Shown: one piece after another, positions 24,200 to 36,633 of the stretch
How positions within the stretch are numbered: the stretch's first letter is position 1
Layout of the letters: each line of letters begins with the position of its first letter
NCBI GenBank assembly: GCA_973895155.1
Contig: OZ316899.1
Coordinates: 8,926,287 to 8,990,286 of the forward strand
Origin: Marsupella aquatica
Lineage: Eukaryota > Plantae > Marchantiophyta
DNA: 64,000 bases
Reading direction: 5' to 3'
Notes under the pieces: model-generated
Databases searched by the model: none
What the model was told of the DNA's origin: nothing
Seen by the model: only the letters and a program-made list of their open reading frames with translations
Translations under genes and position numbers: made by a program

Positions 24200-27100
24200 C
24201 AAGTGTTGTAAGTATGAAAGGAAAGCTATGGAACAACGAGCATACGTGAAAGCCAAAATTGCAGAACTGGATCTGGAAAAGGATGTGGCTGAATTGTAAG
24301 GGAATGATTCTCAACTACACCCCTCCGCTGAGTTTGTGTGACATGAATAGTTCAATGTGGCACTGAAATTGTGACTGTATTCTCATATTGGAATGTCGCA
24401 GAGCAGCAGGATTTTCAAAGAAACAAAAGGAGTACGCAAGAAGGGTGACCAACACTATCTCTGGGCCTGTGCATCGGAGTGAAAGGTTGAGCAAGAAGGT
24501 CGTACCTACAATGGCAGAATGTGGAGATGACATGGATGCTGCACAAGTGGGTGCAAACACTAGACAAGAAGATGCAGATGATGAGTATTTTCCAGAGGAA
24601 ATGGATGAGGATGGGGGTTGTGAAGATGAATACATTGCAGAGCAGCCCCAAAAGAAACAGGTAAGTAGTTTTCCCAACAAGGTTTAGAGTTAAAAACTCT
24701 TGTTGAGAGGTTTCATATGTTCAGTACTACACCCTATGTACCTTGCTTAGTTCCTGACATTGTAGTTGGTGATGTGATGCAGCGTCCTGCCAGTTCTGTT
24801 TTGCCTGCAAAGCCTATGCATGCACCATACCAGCAGGGGGCTGACCTCTGATCAAGGTTGGCAAGGTGATAGTAGTGGTAGATCCCAGGCTGGTGCCCAA
24901 TACTATGGCAGGGGGCAAGTTCTAGGTTATGCCCGTGGTAGAGGCAGAGCAGGTCCAAACCCGCAGTCTCGTGGGTATGGACGTCCACCTCAACCATGGG
25001 GATGTGAGTATATATCTATATGCCAGTTATTTGTGAAGGCATGGCACTCCTAAATTTCAGACTACATATCAATTTTTGACATTGTTTGGGATGTAGTGGA
25101 TTCAGACAACATGAAATTCTGTCCACCTGCCATTGCATACAGATTTTGCCCAACCTGATTGGGCAAATGCTGGTAATGATCAGTTCCAATGTCCACAAGG
25201 ACAGACATGGATTGAACCAGGTTGGGAGGATGGTGGTGGGTCGTGGAATGAACAAGGTTGGGAAGGTGGTGAAGGTAATTGGTAGGGATTTCAAAATACA
25301 GTACCTACAAATGTTGGAAGAGGGGCAAGTAATGTCTGATCTTGTCAGCAATGGAAGAACTCATTATATGTGGAGTCCATTGACGTGGGGGGGATTCTGC
25401 ACATGTATAATAATAGAAAATGTATGTGTGTAGGTTGGACAGTCGAACCATCGACTCAAGTATTCACTAATGCCCCTATGCAGATGCAGCACGGAAGGGG
25501 GCTAGGTATGTTGGTGAATGTTCATATGTTTTCCTATAGTTTGTACTTAGTTTTCAGTACATATGTTTGCACACACATACCTAGAAAGTGACATCATCCG
25601 GCCCCTATACTTGGTTGGACAGGTGGTCTAGGGTCACAACAATTCCAGAGTGCAGTCCCTGCACAGGCATCTACAGGCAGAGCTACAGGTATGTATGTTT
25701 GAAGAATTTTTCTTGAAGTGAAGCATTGAATGTTGCTGTCATCCATTCTGCTGTATGTAGTTCTCAAGCATGAATGGCATTATATTTTCCCAGGTGGCTT
25801 CAGAACCCCAGGTAGGGTGAATGAAGGGGTGGCCAATACAACGCCCAGTACTACCGAGAGCAGTGCACTAGGGGAGGTGACAAAGAAAGGGAACGTAAAG
25901 TTGAATGAGAGACAATGGGTGGATGCTGAGTGTCCTTGTAAGAACCAATGGCATGCTGATTTGAAAGCTGAAGTATTGCGTTGGTTAGATGTGAGTGTTA
26001 TTAATTTAAAAAAACAACATCCAAAAGATTGGAAGACTGTATGTGAAAATGTTGCTGCCAAATGGAATTATGTGGGCAGTGATGATGGCGTGGACATAGG
26101 TTGCCTAGAGAGTACAACAGGTAAAATCATAAAGCAAGAGAGGTGGAGAATGCATAAGGCTTGGAAGGAAGGTAGGGAGAAGCCAGATGTGCCTCCACCA
26201 GCCAATTGTGATGATAAAGTATGGGCAAGGTTAGTAGCTTATTTTGTAACAGATGCTTTGAAAAAGAAGAGTTCACAGATGACCGAGGCCAGGTTGAGTG
26301 TTCAGAACCCTAATCTGACAGGAAGGACCGGCACTGCACCGACAGCAAAACGTTTGGTAAGAATCAATGGCCTAGCTATGTAATTTATGCTACACTATGT
26401 ACTGTTTTTTACTGTAAACCCATACATGTAAACTTTGTTTTTTAGTGTACGTTCCCTGAATAATAATGATAAGTTGTGTTTGCCATGCATGTGCAGAAAG
26501 CCCAATTGGGGCAAAGCCCTTCAAAAGAAGAGTTGAGGGCTGAAATTGTGAACACCCGGGCTCAAGAGGGTGCATCCGAATCCTCCAAGCATGTAAGTTA
26601 TATGAGTTCTGGTTGGTAATTGAATGACCTGCGTTGAATTTCAGGTGTACACTGTATATAACATTGATTGTGCATATATTGCCCAACATTTCATATGGAG
26701 TGATTGAACCTATACCCCTGTGTCATGTGGGGAGGTGGATCTTCACTTATAGAGATAAGTGGTCGTTTGAAGGCTGTTGAAACATGTCTTCCAGAGATCA
26801 ATGAACGTTTGAATTCATTGACTAACTTGTTCCATGTGAACTTCAAGACATTAATGAAAGCTGTTGTGTCAATGAGAGATAAAATTGATTCCAATTCTGC
26901 AGGAGTTCCACCATCACCACTTGAGGTGGCAAAGTTGATGCACTCTTCTGGCATGCCAACGACATGTAGGCTTGAAGGTAAGGCCTTTACAACTCTGTGG
27001 GATATGATTAGTAAATGTATAGTTTGAATTGACATTGTTTGTTGAATGTGTTATTTTCAGTAACATATATTGTGGTTGTTGTGTCCTAGAGAATAAGACA

Positions 27101-27886
27101 GGTGCTGCAGAGAAGAAGTATGAGAACCTGGCAAATACTCGCTGTAATTTAGAGGCAACAAAGTTGCAATCTGTACAAGCAACTTGTTTGACAGAGGGCA
27201 GTCAACCATGTTTGGATGAGGATGACATTGGCAAGGGAGTGGATGATATCAATGTTGGGGCAAATGAGGATATCGGCAAGCATGACAATGATACCATTGA
27301 GCCAGATTCATGCTATGTCGATCTTGACTCCATTGCAGAGATAAATGATTTGCACAATGTATCATTCTCAATGACAGGTGTGCCTCTTGTTGAGATAAAT
27401 CCAACCAAAGAGTTAGTTGGTATGACACTCCCAGGTGGTGAACCTGCTACTGTGACAGTCCTAACAGAGGAACCTACTGAGCCTAGTTTCACTACTGTGA
27501 AGAGAGGAAGCATGCGCACATGAAGCAAGTTTGTCGGTGGGAGCAGAGCCACGTCAAAGGTTTCATACAAACCTCCAAGAGCGGTGCTGGCAGAAAGATC
27601 TAAGGTGGAAGTGGGGAAAGCACCTAATGCTGAGGGACAAAGTGACTTGTTAGCTGTTGATGAGAGTGGAACACGAGTAGGATTTGGCAGAGTGCAGGTT
27701 GGTTCCACAACGTTCCATGGCAAGAGGATTCCCCCAAGTTATTCAGTAGTGTTAGTCACATTACTAGTGAAACCTAAAGCTGTCCTTCCCATTCCAAACA
27801 CAAATGATGATCCTCCTCAAAAGACACTTGGAGATGCTGCAGGTTCTTTGGTATTATGGCCAAGCAAGTTCATAGAGGATCCATAA
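24200..27886 (+). pseudogene. Multi-exon TnpA-like gene (Ptta/En/Spm-type and Tnp1 C-terminal domains)
   Basis: PPPANCDDKVWARLVAYF..SSQMTEARLSVQNPNLTGRTG (25790-26360); FHGKRIPPSYSVVLV..TLGDAAGSLVLWP (27640-27886); GT-AG introns. Confidence 0.8.
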
Positions 27887-28379
27887 CAATGTCATGCCAT
27901 TATTTGTTTGTAGTGTGAGTCATGTTATGTAGATTTTAGATGTCAAGGAGTACAAGAATCATGTCCTCTTGGAGATTCATAGTATCATGCATGTGCTTTC
28001 AGTTATCTCATCCTGCAGTCATCAATTATGAGTTCTTGTTTTGTCTAAATTACATTGATCACATTGTAAACTATTCCATTGGAATTCAAATGATCTACAT
28101 TTTTTAGCAAGATTATGATTCTGTTTAATTCTTATGAATGTTTTATGTAGGATCTGCTTATATGATGCTTTGTTTCATATGGATGTCATTCATGCTATGT
28201 TCATTTCTTGTATTGAATGTGTTATATTTCTAAAGTTAGAACATCAGGTTTCTATGTATTGTAATGTGGAGTGCTCTCTCTCCTTATGAACTGTCCCTCT
28301 GTGTTCATTAGTCATGGTTACAACTTGCATGTGAACCTTATTAGTTATAAACAACGGTATATAGAATCCCAAATGGTTC

Positions 28380-28700
28380 TGTTGTGTGACGCGGGCCAGG
28401 GTCTCCATTAGTCTCTCCTGTGACACTAAATGGTCACACGCTAGTCGTTGTTGAATGCGGGTAAGTCATGTATGTGACTTACCATGTGACTCGTTAAAGT
28501 CATATTGCAGTCACGTAGAAACAAGGCTAGATTCCACAATAAAGTCACAGATCAGTCACAAATGGGTATCAAGCAAGTTGCAAAGCCCGGTATCAATAGT
28601 GACTTCCATTTTTTGGTCTCAACTTTTGCAACTCCAAGGGTCACAACGTGGGTCAAGTCACGTTGAGTCACAATGAAGTCACATGAGCCAAAATGAGTAA
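28380..28700. repeat. CACTA subterminal repeats
   Basis: More than 10 GTCAC/GTGAC motifs in both orientations next to the TIR. Confidence 0.75.
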
Positions 28701-28738
28701 CATATTACGGTCTCAGTTCACCTCAGATTCTTCTAGTG

Positions 28739-29468
28739 ACCTCAAACTCCTCAACATCCTCCACCAGCATGGCGTCTGGATGCAAGACTTGATCCCGGTT
28801 GGGATCATTGTCTTTGACAAATTTATTGAGCCGGCTAACATGGTAGCTTTTGTCTACGCCCATTTCCTTGGGTGTCTCCAACACCACCAAAACTGGATTA
28901 TCCTTGTGGGCCCATCGTATGATGCGATAAGGCCCTGTATATCTAGGAGCCAACTTCCTACTTATGTTCCCATGGTATTGTTCAGGTCTCAACTGCAACC
29001 AAATGCTCTCCCCAATTTCAAAGCTTACCTGGTGTTGATGTTTATCCCCTTGCTCCTTGTACCGACTTTGGGCAAGGATCATACCCTTGGTAGCCGCTTC
29101 CACAACTAGGCCCCGCTCTTGAATAAAATTGTCCACAGAAGGAACCTTGCTTTCCATCCGCCAAGCTTCCAGATTTATGAACCAGGAGGATGCCCTTGGC
29201 ATCCTCCTTGTGGCCAACACAAACGGTGCAAACCCCATCCCCGAATGCTTGGTCGAGTTATACCTAAACTCAGCCATTGTTAAGTGCTTTGCCCAATCCT
29301 TTTGATTGGTCGTCACAAAGTGATGCAAGTAGTCCTCCACAATACTATTCACTCATTCCTTTTGGCCATCCGTCTCATGATGATACGCTGATCCTCTAGT
29401 AAGGTCTGTTTTGGATAACCGGAACAACGCCTTCCAGAAATGGCCCGTGAACTTGGTATCGTGGTCGC
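28739..29468 (-). pseudogene. Chromoviral Gypsy integrase C-terminal half; chromodomain cut after EEFEV
   Basis: DTKFTGHFW, YHHETDGQ, AEFRYNS, KLAPRYTGPY, YHVSRL, VEEFEV. Confidence 0.9.
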
Positions 29469-29474
29469 AATTTC

Positions 29475-30788
29475 CAATGTGTTTCCTGATGAGGAGTTAT
29501 TTCACATGGAGGGTGAACAATTGCTTTATGCTGAGATTGTTTCGTGTCTCATTACTGGTTGACCTCCTCAACACATGAATGCAGAGCAACAGGCAGTTTT
29601 TGTACATAAGGCGGGGCCTTACACTCTCATTAAAGGTGTGTTACATAAAGCCATGCCTGACCTTAAGCTTAAGCAATGTTTGGAGACGCACGAGGTGTCC
29701 AAAGTGATTAGTGCATTGCATGAAGGAATTTGGGTGGACATTTTGCTATGAACACAACGGTGGCCAAAGTTTGTGATGCGGGTTACTGGTGGCCCTCAAT
29801 GCATAAGGATGTACTTGACTTCATTAAAGGGTGTGACCCTTGTCAACGCATGGGAAAACCTTTACTCAGTGGGAGATGGCCCTTAGTTCCTATAATGCCC
29901 CTTGCCCCCTTTGAAAAATGGGGCATTGATTTTGTGGGTCCAATACAACCTGTTACTCAACAAAGGAGGAATCGCTACATCATTGTGGCAACCGATTATG
30001 CCACCAAGTGGGTGGAAGCCAAAGCGGTACGGAAGGATGATGCAGCTGTTACAGAACTTTTTCTTTTTGACAGTATTATCACTCGCTATGGGTGTCCCTT
30101 AGAGTTGGTTAGTGATAGAGGCACTCACTTCCTAAATAGCACCATAGAGCTTCTCACCACCACTTACCTGATCAAGCACCGCAAAACTACTCCCTATAAC
30201 CCTAAGGCAAATGGTTTGACGGAGAGGGCTAATGGCATCATTTGTAAAATCCTCACAAAAATTGTTTCTGCCCATAAGAGTGACTGGGACATGAAGTTAG
30301 CATCTGCACTATGGGCATATAGAACTGCACAAAAGATCACCACAAAACAAACTCCTATTTACATGGTTTATAGGATGGACTCTATTGTTCCTATCAAATT
30401 CAGTTTGCCCATTGCACGCGTCTTGGAAGACCGATGTTTACCCCCTGAAGAAAGCCAATTAATCAGACTAGCAGAATTAGAACACTTGGAGGAAAATTGC
30501 CTTTATGCACTCACACATACTCATGTTCAGCAAGTACGTAGGAAGATGAATTATGATAAGAAGTTGAAGCCAACAACCATTAAGGCAGGCAATTTAGTTT
30601 TATTATATGACAATTGTTATTTGAAGTTTCCAGGAAAACTCCACACTAGGTGGGGCGGTCCCTATGTAGTTAAGAATGTTTGGTCTAATGGTAGCTTACA
30701 GCTTACCACTCCTAATGGAGAAGAATTAGTTACTAGAGTAAATGGTCATAGAGTAAAAAAATACATGGACCAGCCATTAGAAGAGTAG
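29475..30788 (+). pseudogene. Non-chromoviral Gypsy integrase (H2C2 zinc finger, rve, GPY)
   Basis: GGHFA..GYWWP..CDPCQR, WGIDFVGP, SDRGTHF, NGLTERANG, RWGGPY; related to 2086-2976. Confidence 0.95.
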
Positions 30789-31215
30789 GGTCGTGTGGTC
30801 ACTCCCTTATATAAGGAGGGGATGGCTTTGTAGAGATTAGATGACAATAGAAGTTAAGATAACCATTTTAGGTTAAATTTTTAATATTTTCTCAAGCTCT
30901 TTCAACCACATACCTTTAGGGAAAAATGGAAAATGATTAGGAGAAAGGCTGAATTGTTTTTCAACTTTGAACTGGTTTGTTTTGGCGGCAAAGATGCATA
31001 CGTGTATGGGAAGCGAGTACACAGAGGGCAAACAAATACTTCATACCGGCTATCAACAAATTGTTCTTGGAAGAAGATTGGAAAAATGCATGTGGCAGAG
31101 ATTGAGAAGAGAACGTGGACTGAAACATTGAGCGCAGGCCAGAAGGAGGCCAAGAGCAAGATTGATTGCCTGTTGTGGTCAAGGTGTCCATTGTAAGCGA
31201 AGTTCAGGCAACAAT

Positions 31216-32227
31216 GGCAAAGGAGAAGACAATTGTGATGCCTCCTGAATCCGAGATGGCCAGTAATCGAGAGAATTACAAGAAGGTGGGCATTGATTCA
31301 TTAGCCGACTTTCCTAGGGTGATCAACAATGTCAAGATGGTAGACGAAATACACATGCAGAATAAACGTGGGAAGAACGTGATTGCCCGATCGGATTGCA
31401 CAACAATTTCTGAGGAGATGATGGCAATTGTTATGGTGTTTCTTTGGTAGGCCTGATTGCAGAAGATTTCACCTCCTCCAGATTGTTCCATGACATTTGC
31501 GCCAGGCATTTGCGAGGACCATTTTTGTGTTGAGTTTGCGAAGGAAGGCTATACACCAAACTCAACAAAGGATCCAGCACTTTGAGCAATCCTCCGTTTC
31601 ATTGTACCAATTTTGACACCGATAAGCCCAAACAAATTGCAAGCAAGTTGGCCGCATGATTGTCACCGCCTATGACAAAGGTAAACCAATCAATTGGGCT
31701 AGTGTGCTTTTAGATTCTTTTCAGCTGAGATGCAAGAAGGTGAAGGATGGTATCAATTTGTTTGTTGCACCCATGTTGTTCCACTTGTACAAGCTCGACA
31801 AGAAGCTTTTGACGGCAGACTTACAGTTCTATGAAGAAGAAGAGGCAAACAAAGCCCTCATTGAAGACCCATCCTCCAAAGATGAAGACAGTGAGACAGA
31901 GGATGAGGATGCTATAGAGATTCCTGTCAAAACCGAGTTTCAGGCAGCCCCTGTGCGAGTGTTGGGGGTCAACCACGAGGTTCAACATCAATCAAGAAAC
32001 CTCAAGAAATCTCTGTTATTCAGGTGGATTTGGATGACTCGTTGTGTCCATTGGAAAGGCGACTATGCAGCACGGTGGATGATTTTTGCAGAGCTAATTC
32101 CATCAATGCTTGTTTGATTAATCAGTTACAAACTAGATTTTCTTGTTCAGGAGATACTTTACTCGCTAAGATCAAAGACCTATACTCATCTTCTACGCAA
32201 ATTGATCAAGAAAGGAAATAGTGGAGG
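31216..32227 (+). pseudogene. Gypsy accessory ORF family B, 5' part (split by the CACTA insertion)
   Basis: Homology to 14909-15796; TATA-like CCTTATATAAGG near 30805; frame continues after 48287. Confidence 0.7.
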
Positions 32228-33170
32228 CACTAGAAGGAAATGATGTTTTTATTACTGAAAAAATGACTAGCTTATGAGTGGTTTGGGACAATTTACAACT
32301 CATTCATTTGAGTTCACAAAGGCAAGTCGCTTTGGTATAGTAGTCCTTTTGGACATAGTGTTTTTTTATCAACAACTGCAAATTGCAGGTTGTTTATGAC
32401 ACCGTCCATTGGGAGACTGACGGTCTTAAATAACTCAAAATCTTAGTTGAATTGTGTTTCATTAAAAAGAACTGATGGTCTTAATAACTCAAAATCGAAG
32501 TTGAATTGTGTTATGACTCATCAAATAAGGAAATGACATGTGTCTAAAGGCATCAAATAGCATTTAGACACGTGGAAGGTCTGAGCCACACAAACCAAAT
32601 TACAAGTGGACACGTGTCTCCTTTATATCATCCCAGCAGCCAACAGGTGACACTTTGATAGCTTAATTCCCAGTAGGGTACACGTGGAGATAATTGTAGT
32701 TGTTTAGGACGTTTATAATGACTACTATTGGAGTGATTTTGTTGATGTCTTATATTACCAATATTTGAGTCTTTTCCGCTCAGTCATTTATGACTTCATG
32801 GAAGTTATTTAGTCAGTCCTTTGTGTCATTTCATAATTGGACCAATTCTCCCAATTGGTCCTATTTCCAATCATCCTGACAATTTGCCTAGCTAGAAAGA
32901 CATGTCTTAGAAATCAACTGCAAGAGGATATATACATTGCAAATATACACAAAAAGCCATTGAATGAATATAAAATTCTGCATAGAGACTGCAGACTTCA
33001 TTTCACCCCCAATGTACAGGTGATCGACTGTTCAGAATCACAGTAAAGTATTTCCTGGATGAACTAATCACAAAACAAGTCTATTGGCCAACTCAGCTTG
33101 TGCATCAAAACTACTCGAGCTTGAACCAAAGAGCTCAAGTCACTACATTCTATCAAAAAACAACTCCTTG

Positions 33171-36100
33171 CTACTTCCTCATCAACTTCTGGTACCACAA
33201 GAAATGTCTGTCGCCCACATCCTTCAGAAATTTGACTTGAGAGTTTGGATGCTTTTTCTCAAGTAGAGGTGCATCCTGTTCAAACACCTCATTTGCAATC
33301 ACGATCAAATGTCCTGGTGGAATTTCATTGCCATTGTAAAAATCTTGCCCCCAGACTCCCTGCACTGTTGCAAGAGCAACAACCCGAGAGTCCACTGGGG
33401 ACTTCAATTTCACCACGTCCCCAATCTTGAACTGCCAGCAATAAATCAATATATTACGGCTAATTTAATTAGAGACCATATTTTCAATCTGCGGTGCCAA
33501 TGAACCCTTGGCTTGCAACAATACTGATGCGCGCCATTTCAAGGGATGTAATCACTGCTAAGTGAATCATGCATAATGCAGGATAGTGAACAGATGCAAA
33601 ATGATAGTAATTAATTTAGAAAAGGAGAACTCTATGAAGATTGTCACCTTCAACACAGTTGGTGAAGACGCTGACTTCAGAACATCCGTAGTTAGAGGTC
33701 TTGAAGGGGTTGGGTGTTCTGAGATTGTTTCATTGCCCTCTTCAAGAGCCTGCATGATTCCCACCTTTGGCATCTGATCAAAGGAAAAATTAGACAAACT
33801 TAGACCAAGAGCATAGAATCAGGTTTGCATATATATTGGACTGAAAAAAATTCTACATACTGTGCATATTCCACTCAAACATCCACCATCCGTGACATAC
33901 AAGACATAGAGCTAATTTGTAAGAACACGGGCCTAAGAACACTTTGAATGTACACAATTCCTGAGCCCCTGCGCTAAGCACCTTGTCACAAAGTTTGCAT
34001 CTATACTATGAGATAGTTGAGTGCAGCACAAAAACCTTACCTTTCCTTTAGGTTTTCGGCCCTTGCCTGTCTTAGGAGTTAGTTGAGGTGAACTGGAGAT
34101 ATTAAGGACCTTTGTGGGATCATCTAAGACCTCTTGCTTTACAGTCACAGAGTGACTATACTCCGCATCGTCCATCAGGTCTTTTTGCTCCGCACTTTCC
34201 TCACCGACATGGACATATATTATTCAATTTTGCAGATGATCGAAATGTTTTACAAATCATTTGCATTACAATGATTTTACAAAATTAAGCTCTTAATTTT
34301 TTATCACCCAGAGCAAATGGTCATGACCTAGCTTAGAGTACAAATTAGACAGACATACCCTCTTTGGACAGATCCGCAAAATTCAACTTCATTGCATAAC
34401 TCTTTGGTGCTGAAGTGCCCGATGCAGCCTTAATTGTGGAAGTGGGTAGGCTTGGCGTACCAAGTTCCTCCCTAGCTGGTGAGCAGGTGTACCAAGGATG
34501 GACTTAGTACTTGCCAAGGATGGGCTTACATCTGACCTCCAACCCAAAACATTTGCTTTGTCATCAAAAGGATTAGGTCAAAGGTCTGATAGACCTGGAC
34601 TATGACCTCTCTGCCTCTTCTGAAAAAGGCAGGAACAACTATCAGCACAATAATGCAATCAAACATTTATCAGCACACTCAGAGAATGTATGGCACAAAC
34701 TGAAAGATGATCATGTCATAAGGGTTAGCACACTCACATAATTTGCCTCCCTCCCACGATAGCCACCTCGTCCAACTTTAGATGGATTCTTCACTTCTGC
34801 TCTCGCTCTAGTCATTTTCTGAATGCTGGTTAGTCCTTCTGGGGACAACCACCACTCACAAAGTGTTTTCCATTGCTCAGGCTTGACATTTTCAGGAGGC
34901 TTCTTGTCCAAGCGCTTCCCAATCGCTTGAAAATGCTTGTGAAGTTTTGCACGTTGAGCCTTCATTATTTTTGACAAGTGGGACCTGAACTTCTTCTCAG
35001 AAAAAGTCCCCCCTACATACTGCCAATTAGTAGCCATCACATCATACAAATGGATAATAATGTCCTTGTCTTGCTTAGCAATGTTACACACGGAAGGGTC
35101 GAGTCTGCCAACACAAGCTGCACGAAGGTCGTCTGCCCAACGTCCCCGGAATTGGTCACTTGCATCAATATCGTCATTCCAAATCTGCACACGAGACATC
35201 ATTGTCGATTGTGATTGATTCAAACTAACCGATGCTGTCAGTAGGATACAGGTCGGGGCTGTTTCCAACTTCTATTTAAAAATTGGCAAGCATCCTATTT
35301 TGATCCTATGTTGATCTGCTAGAAGAGTTTGAATTAAAGTTGGCATGATACCTGAATACTTGCTTTCTTCATGCCCATTTTACTTTGCTCAGTTGTGTGA
35401 TCCACCCAATGTTTCTTTGCAGCTCGAGACATCTGCCGCATAATTGACTGTTGGGACGGTCCACTTGCACTGGCCATCATAGCACAATTTCCCTGAGGGA
35501 TAGGGGTCACTACAATATCAAAGATTTACATCTTAGTTCAGACTTAGAATTTGCCACCAATATACTTGAACCCTGACTTGAACTTGGCATTAAGCCTTGC
35601 AACGTACATTGACAAGTAATTAACAGCCATGGTCATCCCATCATATTTTACATTCAATCACAATCATAGCTAGGCTGTGTCATATTCAAATTCATACATA
35701 GCTAATGTAAAGAAGCTAGTACAGGTGGAAACTTACGCAAGCTGACAACTCCCGTGATGGGATCTTTATAATACTTAGCAGAGGTGTGTGAGACAGCCTA
35801 AAACAATATACAGTCAACAATCAGTACATTTACTAAATGTCTTCAATATTCTTATAAGTTGCGGACATATTTCATATATTAGTAAGATATAGCACCATAA
35901 TTGGTGTCCTTCACAGCACAGCAAAAAAATGAAAAATTAATTAGACACGTACCCCTGCGCGTTGTTTGTCCCCAATGGTTATCTTGTCGTCACAATTCCC
36001 CCAGTCGGCGCCTCCCTCATTCCCAGAGTCACTGTAAGGTGTACCTTCTGACCGCTCATTGCCCTCAATATCTGAGCCGTTGTCTGCCATAGTTGGTATG

Positions 36101-36589
36101 TTCATCGCTTGCTGCCTTGCACTCTTCCTTGTTGGTAGAGAAGGTACCTGCAATTGCGCTGGTTTCTTTCTATAAACACGTTTCGTTTTGCTTCTTCCCA
36201 CACCTTCTGAACTGCCTTTCATCAACCCAAACTAATGTTAATTAATGTCATTCATGCAAATTTTCAAAGGCCACATTATTTAACAATGCCAATAGCAATT
36301 CCCAGGCCACTGGACGCATTCAAATTCTACTCTAATGTTAATCATATAAAGATTGACTTAAGGTGGACTACCAAAGTTGGGAGGGACTATATATTCAAGA
36401 CCTGTTCAAATCTGCTGCAGATTTTCCAATAACAACTGCAATGAAGGCGTTGTTTGCTTTTATGTTCCTCAATCTCTCCAACTCATAGGCCGTGAGTTCA
36501 GCATTTGACTCTTCTGGGGACTCATCAGCCGAATCCAAGACCGAATCACTTGAGTTCTGCATCCACACACTACCAACACAGCTCCACAC
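33171..36589 (-). pseudogene. TnpA-like multi-exon gene
   Basis: AYELERLRNIKANN; PPENVKPEQWKTLCEWW..MTRARAEVKNPSKVGRGGY; C-terminal VALATV..NEIPPGHLIV..FLWYQK. Confidence 0.82.
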
Positions 36590-36633
36590 AGTTACTCTTC
36601 CTCAGAATCTTCCTCATCTTCCCAAACATCATC

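Larger units (their letters stand above)
23005..28738 (+). mobile_element. CACTA element, 3' part (TnpA-like gene, subterminal repeats, right TIR)
   Basis: Terminus TTCTTCTAGTG (reverse complement CACTAGAAGAA) at 28738, exactly where an integrase reading frame is cut. Confidence 0.8.
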
